From: an uncultured delta proteobacterium
GTDB taxonomy: Bacteria > Desulfobacterota > Syntrophobacteria > BM002
Assembly (NCBI GenBank): GCA_963712115.1
Contig: CAVQGX010000031.1
Location: 160,001 to 224,000 of the forward strand
DNA length: 64,000 nucleotides
Direction of reading: 5' to 3'
A program made the position numbers and the translations under genes. Of this stretch, positions 1-9,636 are shown piece after piece (the first letter of the stretch is position 1; every line of letters begins with the position of its first letter). The notes under the pieces are model-generated. The model had not been told where the DNA came from and did no database searches. It saw only the letters and a program-made list of their open reading frames with translations.

Positions 1-453
1 CTGGCTAAAGATCACGGTGCTGTCGTGTGGGCGACGGCTAGTGGTCGCAACAAAAAATACGTCCAAGATCTAGGGGCATCTCAGGTAGTAGACTATACCC
101 AAGTAAACTTTGGCGACGCGGTCTTTTCAAAGTATCCTCATGGGGTTGATGTGGTTTTCGATTGCGTTGGAGGAGAAGTTCTTCAAAAGAGCGCCGAGAT
201 AGTCAAAGAAGGCGGGAGGCTCATAACAATTGTGGATGACCCCACGGGTTTGGCAAGAAACGATATACATAAGGAGTTTGTTTTCGTGGCCCCCAAAAGT
301 ACACAATTAACTGAGCTGGCCCGGATGGTAGAGCAAGGACGTCTTAAGACTCACCTCTCGCAGGTTTTTCCTTTCGGCCTGGAGAAAGCAAGAAAAGCCC
401 ATGAACTGAGCGAATCCATGCATACCCGAGGCAAAATGGTCCTTGTTATTTGA
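1..453 (+). CDS. NADP-dependent quinone oxidoreductase (MDR / Zn-ADH-like), C-terminal part; 5'-truncated by window edge
   Basis: Frame open from base 1; LGA..V.DY, GVDVVFDCVGG and C-terminal HTRGKMVL motifs typical of QOR-type MDR enzymes. Confidence 0.85.
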   Translation: MAKDHGAVVWATASGRNKKYVQDLGASQVVDYTQVNFGDAVFSKYPHGVDVVFDCVGGEVLQKSAEIVKEGGRLITIVDDPTGLARNDIHKEFVFVAPKSTQLTELARMVEQGRLKTHLSQVFPFGLEKARKAHELSESMHTRGKMVLVI

Positions 454-477
454 TCACCTAGGTAGTAGACACCGTTT

Positions 478-652
478 AGTCATATGCTCCGCGTCATTTG
501 GCTGCGCCGTCATTAGGGCTAGCGCCCGTCATTTATTGTCATTTGTAGTCATGTGCCTTCGGCGTCATGCATAGTCACTCATCGTTTAACGTCAATAAAT
601 GACAGTGAAGCGTAATGACCTGATGGTAAAATAGTCAAAGGCGTACATGACC
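478..652. repeat. GTCAT/ATGAC-rich imperfect inverted-repeat array (intergenic)
   Basis: Repeated GTCAT/GTCA words in the left part, ATGAC words in the right part; similar array at 56385-56590. Confidence 0.6.
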
Positions 653-663
653 AACGAGACAAT

Positions 664-1566
664 ATGTCAACCAACTTCGACCATATCCTTATAATCTCCG
701 ACATCGAGGGGAGTTCCGGGTGTTGGGACTACCGGGCCTCGAAATTTATGACTGATGAGTGGAGTCGTGCCTGTGTAGAAATGACCCTGGATGTTAACGC
801 TGTGGTCAGGGGACTATTTGATGCGGGAGTGAAACAGGTCACCGTAAAGGACTTCCACCGGACTGGCTACAATCTCCTTCCGGAAATGATCGATCCCATG
901 GCCCGGGTTGTCCTGGGTTACCAACAGGGTCCGGTGCCAGGCTTAGGAAATCCAGGCAAGGCCGAAGCTGTTATGTTCTTGGGGATGCATGCCGCTTCCG
1001 GCACCGAAGGATTCATGGCCCACACCCTTACCTCACGCATAATCTGGTTGGAGGTGAATAGAAAACCTTTAGCTGAAGTAGAGCTTTTTTCTGCATCCCT
1101 AGCCCCATATGGGATAAGGCCCATTTTCTTCTCGGGTTGTCCTACCGCCTGTGCGCAGGCGCAAGCGGCAATTACCAGGATAAACTCTTATCCTATTGAC
1201 AAGTCTGACGGACCCGCACTGTTTGATGTCCATTTGTGGAGATCGGGCCTGGTGAATGCTGCATTGGAATCCCTCAACAATCTAGACACTGATCCGTATG
1301 CGATGTCCGGCCCCTTTAGGGCAGAAGTAACAATGTGGGATGGTGAAAGCTCGGCTCGAAAACTTGCTCAAAGGTGGGGCTTTGCCCAGGAGGGTGGTCG
1401 AATCTTTATTGAGGCTGCAGACATCCATGAACTTTATAGAGACTTAATTAGACTTTGCTATCTAACTCCCTTGACCGAGAAGACGCTCCCCTTGGGGCTA
1501 TTTCTCTATAACTTGACCGGCCGGCTTGGGCTCGAATGGGTGCGGTGGCGCCGGCGGATCAAATAG
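664..1566 (+). CDS. M55 family metallopeptidase (D-aminopeptidase DppA-like)
   Basis: N-terminal ISDIEG (DxE), DFH, GMHA and AHT metal-ligand motifs. Confidence 0.8.
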   Translation: MSTNFDHILIISDIEGSSGCWDYRASKFMTDEWSRACVEMTLDVNAVVRGLFDAGVKQVTVKDFHRTGYNLLPEMIDPMARVVLGYQQGPVPGLGNPGKAEAVMFLGMHAASGTEGFMAHTLTSRIIWLEVNRKPLAEVELFSASLAPYGIRPIFFSGCPTACAQAQAAITRINSYPIDKSDGPALFDVHLWRSGLVNAALESLNNLDTDPYAMSGPFRAEVTMWDGESSARKLAQRWGFAQEGGRIFIEAADIHELYRDLIRLCYLTPLTEKTLPLGLFLYNLTGRLGLEWVRWRRRIK

Positions 1567-1583
1567 GAAAGAGAGCAAACATA

Positions 1584-2435
1584 ATGTTCACAGGTCATGA
1601 CGTTTCCGCCTTGGATAGGCCGGAGGTGTTGCAGTACTTATTTCACCCGAGGAAGGAGGACATTCAAGCCCCACCCCAGGGTGCCATTGATTTTTTCATA
1701 CCCGTGGAAGAAGGGGAAAAACTTGGTGCTCGTTTCTACCCTGCGGCACCCAAAGAACCCCACCTTCTCTTTTTTCACGGCAACGGTGAGATCGCAAGCG
1801 ACTACGACACCATCGGGCCGGCCTACAACCGCTACTCCATCAATTTTCTAGTGGTAGATTACCGCGGCTACGGACAGAGCACTGGATTACCCACCGCCAG
1901 CAACCTGATCTCCGATTCTCACACGATTTTCAGGGAAGTATCCACTTGGCTCAAGAAGCAAGATCGAACTGGACTCCTAATCATTATGGGTAGATCTTTG
2001 GGTAGTGTACCAGCTCTCGAGGTAGCATCTTCATACCAGGATGAAATTTCCGGGCTGATTTTAGACAGCGGTTTTGCCAGGACAGTACCGCTACTAGATC
2101 GTCTTGGGGTAGCAACCGAAACCCTTGGAATTTCGGAGGCAGACGGTTTTGCCAACTTTGGCAAAATAAGGGATATTGGTAAGCCCACTCTCATTATCCA
2201 CGGCCAGAACGATGACATTATTCCACCTAAGGAGGCTGATATTCTCCTGGCGAACTCAGGGACCATGAGAAAGCAGCTCATGCTCGCTGCTGGCTGCGGC
2301 CACAATGACATCCTGCAACGCTGCGGTGACCTGTATTTTCAGACAATTAGCCAATTTGTCGAGATGGCGAAAAGGATAAAAAGAAGGAATTCCATGCCAA
2401 GAGGCTTCGACAGAAGATATCCGCGACGACGCTAG
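1584..2435 (+). CDS. Alpha/beta fold hydrolase
   Basis: FHGNGE, DYRGYG, GRSLG nucleophile elbow, HGQND, GHND; ATG 1584 chosen to avoid overlap with upstream gene. Confidence 0.9.
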   Translation: MFTGHDVSALDRPEVLQYLFHPRKEDIQAPPQGAIDFFIPVEEGEKLGARFYPAAPKEPHLLFFHGNGEIASDYDTIGPAYNRYSINFLVVDYRGYGQSTGLPTASNLISDSHTIFREVSTWLKKQDRTGLLIIMGRSLGSVPALEVASSYQDEISGLILDSGFARTVPLLDRLGVATETLGISEADGFANFGKIRDIGKPTLIIHGQNDDIIPPKEADILLANSGTMRKQLMLAAGCGHNDILQRCGDLYFQTISQFVEMAKRIKRRNSMPRGFDRRYPRRR

Positions 2436-2468
2436 CTCTGAGGCATTAACCCGCCTAGATACTTCTAT

Positions 2469-3119
2469 AGCTCTCACAGAGACCACAGAGTACTCAGAGA
2501 ACTAAAACCAGTCAGAATGAGGGACAGCAGTGATTAGGTAGGGATCGCTCAAAAGCTCATTGGAGATCCCTTGAAGACTAGAATAAACAAGCCCATTCTC
2601 GTCCTCAAGGTATCTCCAATGGTACGATGCATTCGCATCAGCAGCCCCTGCTGCACAGGGGACTTTGAGCGATCCAGGCGCACACCATAATATTTTTTTG
2701 GGGAGCTCACCGAGGATTTTAGAGACCACAGGGGACGGTCGGAACTTTCCTGAAAGACTGGATTACTAGGATAATCATTGCCCCGAAGGTAACCGACTAG
2801 ATTATTACACTATTGATCTATCGCTTAGAGGGCTCAATGAAACTCTGAGGTCTCGTACATCAAGTCGGATGAAGGTCGAGTTACTCATAGAGAGAACGGA
2901 GCGCTTATAGGCAAAGTGGGGAGGGCTGGATGTCCGGAATGAGCTTGCTTGTTCTGGACATCAAGGTCTCCCCACGTGTCCCGACGCTGTAGCGTCGGGA
3001 CCGCCCGCTTTGCGGGTGCCGATAAACGATCCCAACACTTTCACCTGCACAGTTTTCTCTGCGTTCTCTGTGGGCTCTAGCGAGCCCTGAGCCTGCCGAA
3101 GGGGGAGCGGGCGAGAGCT
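2469..3119 (+). mobile_element. Structured inverted-repeat element copy 1 (two four-way-junction modules, GxxExxY gene remnant)
   Basis: Ends AGCTCTCACAGAG... and ...CTCTGTGGGCTCT-hairpin-GAGCGGGCGAGAGCT; modules 2542-2675 and 2898-3032; homologous to 14832-15818, 48592-49073, 55015-55302. Confidence 0.7.
2745..2784 (+). pseudogene. Remnant of the 3' end of a GxxExxY gene
   Basis: 32/40 nt match to 15441-15480 by eye; translates FLKDWITRII versus LLKDGITRII. Confidence 0.65.
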
Positions 3120-3127
3120 CAACAGCT

Positions 3128-6100
3128 TTACGCTGTAGCGCGTGAAGTGAGCTTAGCTTTCAGCTTCGCCACCAGATTATGCACATCTTCCAAAATCATG
3201 TAACCGCAAGGGATCAGCAGCAGGGTTATGAGGGTGGCAAAGAGTACGCCAAATCCGAGGCTCACTGCCATTGGGATAAGGAACTGAGCCTGCAGGCTAC
3301 GCTCCAATATCATTGGTGTCAGACCGGCAAAGGTGGTTAGGGATGTGAGAATAATGGCCCTAAACCTCAGGGCCCCTCCCTGGGTGATGGCCTCACGAGG
3401 ACTGACTCCCTGCTCCCGTATCCTGTTGGTGGCATGTACCAGCACCAAGGAGTCATTCACCACCACACCTGCCAGACCCACTATGCCGAATAGGCTTAAT
3501 AGGCTGAGGTTAAGTCCCATGATCAGGTGTCCTATAACAGCTCCCACCATGCCAAAGGGGATGGCAGACATCACCACAAAGGGTTGAGTAAATGACCTGA
3601 AGGGAATAGCCAGCAAAGCATATATGAGAAAGAGGGCTATGACAAAACCATTTACTACGTCTGACAGTGATTGCTTCTGTTCTTTTCCTTCACCCTCCAT
3701 TGCGTATCGCAGACCCGGGTAGTTGAGTTCCAGTTCTGGCAGGAAGCGCTTTTCCAAATCCGTGCGCAGTTCATTGGCATTGGTAACCGTCTCATCCACA
3801 TCGGCAGTCACAACGATTACCCGGCGACGTTGAGCCCGTTCTATTGCTGCATAGCCCTCCTCCATATTCACTTCAGCCACTTGGTTGAAGGGAACCTCGG
3901 AGCCGTCCGGTGCGCGGATACGCATGTCCTCTACGTGACCCAGTGATTTGCGTTCAGACTCAGGGTAGCGAACCATAACCTTAACCTCGTCCTGATCCCG
4001 CTGAAGACGCAAAGCTTCGGCGCCGTAGAATGCGTGCCGCACTTGCTGGGCTAGATCATCTAAGGTTAGTCCTAGACTGCGAGCCGCCGGTTTCAATTTG
4101 AGCTGCATCTCATCTTTGCCCGGCATGAAGCTGTCGCTAACATCAAACACGCCGGGATAGCCTTTAATTTCATTCTTCAACTCTTCCGCTGCGGCAATTA
4201 GCAAGTTGTGATCATCCAGAGAAAGATGGACCTCAATGGGATTGCCCGCGCTGAAAAGTACACTCTGAAAGGTAATGGACTCGGCATCGGGAATACTGCC
4301 TACCTTTTTACGCCATTGGTTGGCAAGTTGACTTGCAGTCACCTCCCTCTCTTCGCCTTCCAAGAGTTCCAGAGTTATCTGAGCCAAATGTCCACCAAAC
4401 TGGGGGCCTGATGCCATGGGGCCAGCCCCTCCTAAATGTTGACCTATTCGGGTGATTATACTTTTCAACATAGGGGGGCCATTACCCGATATTTCTCCCT
4501 CAGCTTCTGCCAGAGTTTCTTTTCCCGATTGCTCCAAATGGGCTGCAATCTCCAAAGTACGTTCAACCGGTGTGCCTGCGGGCATGGTCACTGTACAAAT
4601 GAGAAAGTCACTTTCAACCTTCGGAAACAAGGTGAATTTGATCCACCCCGCTTTCCACACTCCCACGGTTATCAATAATACCGCTATCCCTAGAGATACT
4701 GTGGCATAACGCCACTTTACACAAAAATCCACCGCCTTAGCATAGGGTCCTTTGATAAACCATTTCAGCCATCTAGAGGTGCGCTTTTCCTCCATGCTGC
4801 GCTTTGTTCGTTGTTTGGATCCAACCAAGTGGGCGGGAAGAACAAGTAAACACTCCACCAGAGAGCCCAGCAGCACCAGAATAACTACAATGGGTATGGT
4901 GCGCATGATTTTTCCCATAGTGCCGGTTCCCAGAAGCAGAGGCCAAAAGGCAGCCACTGTGGTCAGGACCGCAAAAACCACTGGACGACCCACCTCCAGA
5001 GTGCCTCGCACTGCTCCATCAAGAGACTCTAGCCCCTCTTCATGCCTGCGAAAAATATTCTCGCCCACCACTATGGCGTCATCCACCACAATGCCCAGAA
5101 CCATAATAAAGGCGAAAAGGGAAACCATATTGATAGAAACGTCAAATCTGGGAAGGAGCATCAACCCTGCCATAAAGGAAATAGGTATTCCCAGGGTCAC
5201 CCAGAAGGCTAGTCGCGCATTTAGAAATATCCCCAGAAGGATGCTCACCAGAACCAATCCCAGGGCCATGTTTTTGAGCAACAGACGGATACGGCTCTTT
5301 AATATTGATGATCTGTCGCGAAAATAGGAGATGTCTACGCCTTCGGGCAGACTCGGTCGGATCTTTTCTATGTAACCCTTGACTGTGCTTGCCACATGCA
5401 AGGCATTCTGATCGGCCACTCTGTATACTTCAATAATCCCCGCCGGCTTTCCTTGGAATCGGTTGAAAAGATCCACATCCTCGTAACCGTCTTTAAGATT
5501 TGCAATCTGCCCTAAAGTAACTTTGCTACCATCTGTCCTGGTAATTACCGCAATATCTCGGTAGTCTGCGGCATAGTAACGACGGCCCTTGGTCCTGACC
5601 AGTATTTCACCACCCTCAGTTTTGACGCTGCCTGCCGGCAGATCCAAGCTCGCTCGTCTTACCGCCTCAGCAATTTTGCCCAATGTAAGACCGTAACGAC
5701 GGAGGGTTTCCTCTGATATTTCGACATGAATTTCTCCCTGGCGCACACCCCCAAGCTCCGCCAGAGTAATGCCTTGCAGGTTAGTAATGTCGTCTTTTAT
5801 TCGTTCTGTCAGGTGCTTGATGGTGGACTCTGGTGCATCACCGTAAACGGCAACATTAAGAACCTGAACCCGCCTGGTCATTTCCCTAACGACTGGTTGT
5901 TCCGCCTCTTTAGGAAAGGTGGTAATGCGATCTACCTCTGCCTTCACCTCATCGAGCAGTTCCTGCAGATCCCAATCATTCATAACCTCGATGGTAATCG
6001 AGGCGACCCCCTCCCTGGCTACAGAATCTATGCGCTTGATACCGGCCAGACCAGCTATCTTTTCTTCGATTCTCCGGACAATGGCCTCTTCCACCTCGGC

Positions 6101-6271
6101 TGGCGAAGCACCGAGATACTCCATGGTGATTGAGATTCGGTCCAGAGATGTCTCGGGGAAGATCTCCAGCTTAGTGGTCAAGCCCGTAACCAACCCAGCT
6201 AGTAGAAGGAACAACATCAATAAATTGGCGGCAACGTGGTTATCAGCAAACCAGGCAATGATACTCCGCAT
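3128..6271 (-). CDS. RND efflux permease (AcrB/AcrD/AcrF family)
   Basis: 1047 aa; GIVVDDAIVVGEN, GVVVNDSLV and RFRAIILTSLTT motifs. Confidence 0.95.
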   Translation of the reverse strand: MRSIIAWFADNHVAANLLMLFLLLAGLVTGLTTKLEIFPETSLDRISITMEYLGASPAEVEEAIVRRIEEKIAGLAGIKRIDSVAREGVASITIEVMNDWDLQELLDEVKAEVDRITTFPKEAEQPVVREMTRRVQVLNVAVYGDAPESTIKHLTERIKDDITNLQGITLAELGGVRQGEIHVEISEETLRRYGLTLGKIAEAVRRASLDLPAGSVKTEGGEILVRTKGRRYYAADYRDIAVITRTDGSKVTLGQIANLKDGYEDVDLFNRFQGKPAGIIEVYRVADQNALHVASTVKGYIEKIRPSLPEGVDISYFRDRSSILKSRIRLLLKNMALGLVLVSILLGIFLNARLAFWVTLGIPISFMAGLMLLPRFDVSINMVSLFAFIMVLGIVVDDAIVVGENIFRRHEEGLESLDGAVRGTLEVGRPVVFAVLTTVAAFWPLLLGTGTMGKIMRTIPIVVILVLLGSLVECLLVLPAHLVGSKQRTKRSMEEKRTSRWLKWFIKGPYAKAVDFCVKWRYATVSLGIAVLLITVGVWKAGWIKFTLFPKVESDFLICTVTMPAGTPVERTLEIAAHLEQSGKETLAEAEGEISGNGPPMLKSIITRIGQHLGGAGPMASGPQFGGHLAQITLELLEGEEREVTASQLANQWRKKVGSIPDAESITFQSVLFSAGNPIEVHLSLDDHNLLIAAAEELKNEIKGYPGVFDVSDSFMPGKDEMQLKLKPAARSLGLTLDDLAQQVRHAFYGAEALRLQRDQDEVKVMVRYPESERKSLGHVEDMRIRAPDGSEVPFNQVAEVNMEEGYAAIERAQRRRVIVVTADVDETVTNANELRTDLEKRFLPELELNYPGLRYAMEGEGKEQKQSLSDVVNGFVIALFLIYALLAIPFRSFTQPFVVMSAIPFGMVGAVIGHLIMGLNLSLLSLFGIVGLAGVVVNDSLVLVHATNRIREQGVSPREAITQGGALRFRAIILTSLTTFAGLTPMILERSLQAQFLIPMAVSLGFGVLFATLITLLLIPCGYMILEDVHNLVAKLKAKLTSRATA

Positions 6272-6297
6272 AAGTCTTCGATCCTTATTATTAAAAG

Positions 6298-6520
6298 CAA
6301 GTAGTCAGTAGTCGGTAGCCAGTAGCCAGAGTGGCGCATAGGGCATGTAGCAAGGAGTCAGAGTCCAGAATTAAGGAGAAAAGCAATCACAATTTAGTTC
6401 CTCTCAACTGCTTGCTTCTTCGCCGCGTCTCCGTCTCGCCGATTCACCGCGTCGCCCTGCAGTTCCTAGTGCCTAGTTGCAACGGCTGCCCGCTGCTGCT
6501 GCTAGCTGACCTCTGAACCC
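6298..6520. repeat. Degenerate heptamer-repeat intergenic cassette within RND operon
   Basis: GTAGTCA/GTAGCCA runs; 35-nt block 6461-6495 identical to 28309-28343. Confidence 0.55.
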
Positions 6521-7735
6521 TCAGCGCTTATTGCTCACCACCGGTGGCTCTTTACCTGCCCCTTGTCCTTCAGCAACAATGCGTACGGTCATGCCATCGG
6601 TGACAGCCTTCAAGGGGGTGGTGACCAACTTTTCTTCATCCTCCAGGCCGCCGGTAATCACAACTTCATCGCCCTGAATTCTGCCTACCTCTACTTGGCG
6701 GAATTGAAGCCGACTGTCCTCCCCAATTACCCAGACGATATCTCCTTGGTGCAGTGCTGCTCGCGGTATGACCGCTCCGTTTGGTATCACTCGGCCTTCG
6801 ATTTTCACCTCCACAAAGAGGCCAAAAACGAGCGGCGGCTTTTTTGCGTAAGGCTGCTCAACTAGGACAACCACATTGATCATCCGAGTCCGCTCGTCCA
6901 ACTTGCCTTCGGTGCGTACCACTTTGCCGGTCCAGCTCAACTCACGGCCTGCAATGCTGGCCTTAATCAGTGCGGGAGAACCTCGTCCGTCTCTGGAGGT
7001 AAAACCTGGGACATCAAACCAGAAGAGAGCTTCTCCTTCCAGAGGAACAACAATTTCCGCAGCTTCGGTCGAGTAGAAACTCCCCAGACTCTGGCCTGGG
7101 GAAACATATTGACCTATGTCCACCCTTTCTTCTCCCACCCGCCCGTCAAAAGGTGCTTTGAGTTCTGTCCGCTCTAAATGAAGTAGGGCTTTGCGAAGAT
7201 CGGCCTCATTAGCTTCCAACTCAGCCTTCGCCGCTGCCAGCTGTGGTTCTTTGGCCACCAGTGGCGGCGGCTTGCTGTTATCATTGGAACCCCCTTCATA
7301 GAGCAAGCGCCACTCATCTCTTGCTGCGGCAGCCTCTTCCTCAGCCAGTTGAAGACGACTCTCCGCGTCTTTCACTTTGGCTCTAGCCAAGGTGGCGGCC
7401 AACTGGTAATCCTCTGGGTCGATTCGCAACAAAAGATCATCTTTTTTAAAGACGCCTCCGTTTACCAGTGAGGGGGATGCATACACCACCTTACCGTTCA
7501 CTTCGGGTACGAGATTGATTTCCCGCAAAGGCCTCACCGTCCCCTCACCCTGGATGTAAACCTTTTGGGGTCCAGTCTTAACTGCCATAGTTCGGACCAT
7601 AGGCACGGGGATGGGAGGTTTGCGCCTCTCCATTTCAGGCTTGCTCGCCGTCAGTGCCCAAAAGCCCAAAACACCCAAGGCTACAAAGGTTATGCTGATA
7701 ACAAGCTGAACAACTCTTTTTTTCCTATTACTCAT
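6521..7735 (-). CDS. RND efflux periplasmic adaptor (MFP)
   Basis: N-terminal TM anchor, lipoyl-like halves (PEVNGKV; LKAPFDGRV), helical hairpin; start at MSNRKK after GGGGA RBS. Confidence 0.93.
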   Translation of the reverse strand: MSNRKKRVVQLVISITFVALGVLGFWALTASKPEMERRKPPIPVPMVRTMAVKTGPQKVYIQGEGTVRPLREINLVPEVNGKVVYASPSLVNGGVFKKDDLLLRIDPEDYQLAATLARAKVKDAESRLQLAEEEAAAARDEWRLLYEGGSNDNSKPPPLVAKEPQLAAAKAELEANEADLRKALLHLERTELKAPFDGRVGEERVDIGQYVSPGQSLGSFYSTEAAEIVVPLEGEALFWFDVPGFTSRDGRGSPALIKASIAGRELSWTGKVVRTEGKLDERTRMINVVVLVEQPYAKKPPLVFGLFVEVKIEGRVIPNGAVIPRAALHQGDIVWVIGEDSRLQFRQVEVGRIQGDEVVITGGLEDEEKLVTTPLKAVTDGMTVRIVAEGQGAGKEPPVVSNKR

Positions 7736-7770
7736 GGTTATCAATTCCCCAGTTAGTTTGGTCAATTCTC

Positions 7771-8199
7771 ACCACGAAGATCACGAAGACAGAAGCCGTT
7801 ATAATACCATTCGTTTAATTCCATGTTTCATGTACTTCACATTAAAATTCATCAAAAGCCCGATTGATATACCAGACAACTTCATATATGTAAGTAACTG
7901 GGCTTGGTGAACTGGCAGAACTTTATCCACGCTCTTAAGTTCAACTATAATGGTTTTGTCTATAAACAAGTCGACACGATAACCGCAGTCGAGCTTTATA
8001 CCCTTGTATTCTACAGGCAAAGGGTGTTGTAGTTTGAACGGTATCCCCGCATTTGTCAGCTCATGAGCAAGGCACTGCTCATACGTGGATTCAAGTAATC
8101 CAGGGGCCAGATGCCTATGGACCTCTAGAGCACAGCCAATAACTTGGTTTGACAGTTTATCGAACTTCATTCTTCGTGCCCCTTCGTGTCCTTCGTGGT
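7771..8199 (-). mobile_element. GxxExxY element bounded by ACCACGAAG / CTTCGTGGT inverted repeat arrays, inserted in RND operon
   Basis: Left arm ACCACGAAGATCACGAAGACAGAAG (7771-7795), right arm CTTCGTGCCCCTTCGTGTCCTTCGTGGT (8172-8199); ORF-less relative at 58503-58579. Confidence 0.65.
7799..8170 (-). CDS. GxxExxY protein (PD-(D/E)XK nuclease superfamily)
   Basis: GLLESTY motif, RVDLFID..IIVELK, QLLTYMK..GLLMNF; ATGA overlap with upstream stop. Confidence 0.93.
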   Translation of the reverse strand: MKFDKLSNQVIGCALEVHRHLAPGLLESTYEQCLAHELTNAGIPFKLQHPLPVEYKGIKLDCGYRVDLFIDKTIIVELKSVDKVLPVHQAQLLTYMKLSGISIGLLMNFNVKYMKHGIKRMVL

Positions 8200-9636
8200 T
8201 TGATCTTTTTGCCCAAGCATAACCGGTCCTGGATCTCCCCAGCCTCCTCCAAGAGCCCGGTGGAGATTGACACGGTTGTTCAGAAGGGTGAAGTCCACCT
8301 GCAAGAGGTCACGTTCGGCCTCAAAGCGGGTTCTCTGTGTGTCCAGCACCGTGAGAAAATCAGTAAGACCCTTTTCGTATCGACTCTCAGCAAGCCTTTG
8401 CGCCTCCCTGGCCTCGTGCAGAAAAGTAACTACATATTCCCGACGTTTCAACTGTTCTTCCCGTGTCAAAAACGCTCCTTCCACTTCGGCAAAAGCGGTG
8501 AGCACTGTCTTGGCGTATTCGGCCACACCCTGTTGATATCTGGCCTCGGCCGCGCGTTGAGCAGCCTGCAATTTACCCGCGTCAAACAATGGCTGTGCAA
8601 TCCCGGCGGCAATACTCCACAACTCATTTTCGGGCTTGAAAAGCCGGTCTAGATCATCGCTGGTGTAACCGTAAGTGGAGGTCAAAACAATCCGGGGAAA
8701 GCGGCTGGCCTTGGCCGCGCCTACTAAGGCATTCAGCGCCACCAGTTGTTCCTCCGCCGCTCTGATGTCCGGCCGCCGAAGCAGCAGCTCGGAGGGAAGG
8801 CCTGGCGGGACTGGGTCTAACCGTTTGTAATAGTCTTCCGGTTGGAGCCTTGGAGGCCTAGTCTCTGGATAGCTTCCAAGAAGGACGGACAATGCCTGCT
8901 GCGTTGTACCCAAGTCCTGTCGCAGGGATGGCAGAGTTGCTTCAGCCCCGGCCAGAACCCTGCGAGCCTGTCTAACATCCAAGACCGAGGTCAGACCTCT
9001 TTTATATCTACTTTCCACCAGATTTAAGCTGCGACGAAAGGACTCGATGAGCTTTATGTCAATATCGATTGCCCGCTCAAACGTCTCCATTTGTAAATAT
9101 AGGGTGACAGTCTCCGCCACCACGGTCTGGGCCACGGTGCGGCGGTTCTCCTCTGCCTGCAGGAGATTGGCCCGCGCCGCCTCTTCTGCCCGGGCAAGAC
9201 GACCCCACAGGTCAATCTCGAAGGAAGCAGGCAAAGCCAAATCATATGTCGTACTTGTTCTATCGATGGAAACTGAATTCGGCTTGGGTATTTGCCGCCG
9301 CTCCACTCCAGCCTCAACGCCCACCTGGGGAAAACGCTCCGCTCGCGTCGAAACCAGTTGCGCTCGCACCTCCAGCACCGCCGCTGTAGCCCTCTTTATA
9401 TCCAGGTTGTTCTTCAGCACCTGTTCCACCAATTGGTTCAACTCGGGGTCATTGAACACACGCCACCATTGGTCGTCGGGCGCCGGCATGACTAGTTCGG
9501 TGGGAGTGTACTGGTAATCAGCAGGCACTTGGAAGCCAACGTCTGGTCGATGGTAGTCTGGACCCATTTTGAAGCAGCCACTTATAGTCAAAGAGATAGC
9601 TAGTACCGCACTTAAATATAGAAATAGTCTCTTCAC
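8167..9636 (-). CDS. Outer membrane efflux lipoprotein (NodT/OprM/TolC family)
   Basis: Lipobox ISGC, PDY.RP, WW..FNDP.L, GLPSELLLRRPDI, ALGGGW. Confidence 0.95.
   Translation of the reverse strand: MKRLFLYLSAVLAISLTISGCFKMGPDYHRPDVGFQVPADYQYTPTELVMPAPDDQWWRVFNDPELNQLVEQVLKNNLDIKRATAAVLEVRAQLVSTRAERFPQVGVEAGVERRQIPKPNSVSIDRTSTTYDLALPASFEIDLWGRLARAEEAARANLLQAEENRRTVAQTVVAETVTLYLQMETFERAIDIDIKLIESFRRSLNLVESRYKRGLTSVLDVRQARRVLAGAEATLPSLRQDLGTTQQALSVLLGSYPETRPPRLQPEDYYKRLDPVPPGLPSELLLRRPDIRAAEEQLVALNALVGAAKASRFPRIVLTSTYGYTSDDLDRLFKPENELWSIAAGIAQPLFDAGKLQAAQRAAEARYQQGVAEYAKTVLTAFAEVEGAFLTREEQLKRREYVVTFLHEAREAQRLAESRYEKGLTDFLTVLDTQRTRFEAERDLLQVDFTLLNNRVNLHRALGGGWGDPGPVMLGQKDQTTKDTKGHEE

Noticed and set aside
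2542-2675. Four-stem module as a tRNA or tmRNA
   Set aside because: About 135 nt, no T-loop GTTC(G/A)A, D-loop GG or CCA end; stem lengths do not fit
2502-2729. Similar minus-strand ORFs 2502-2729 and 48625-48903 as a duplicated small protein family
   Set aside because: Similarity is explained by the repeated structured DNA; starts differ and the frame is not kept in the other element copies
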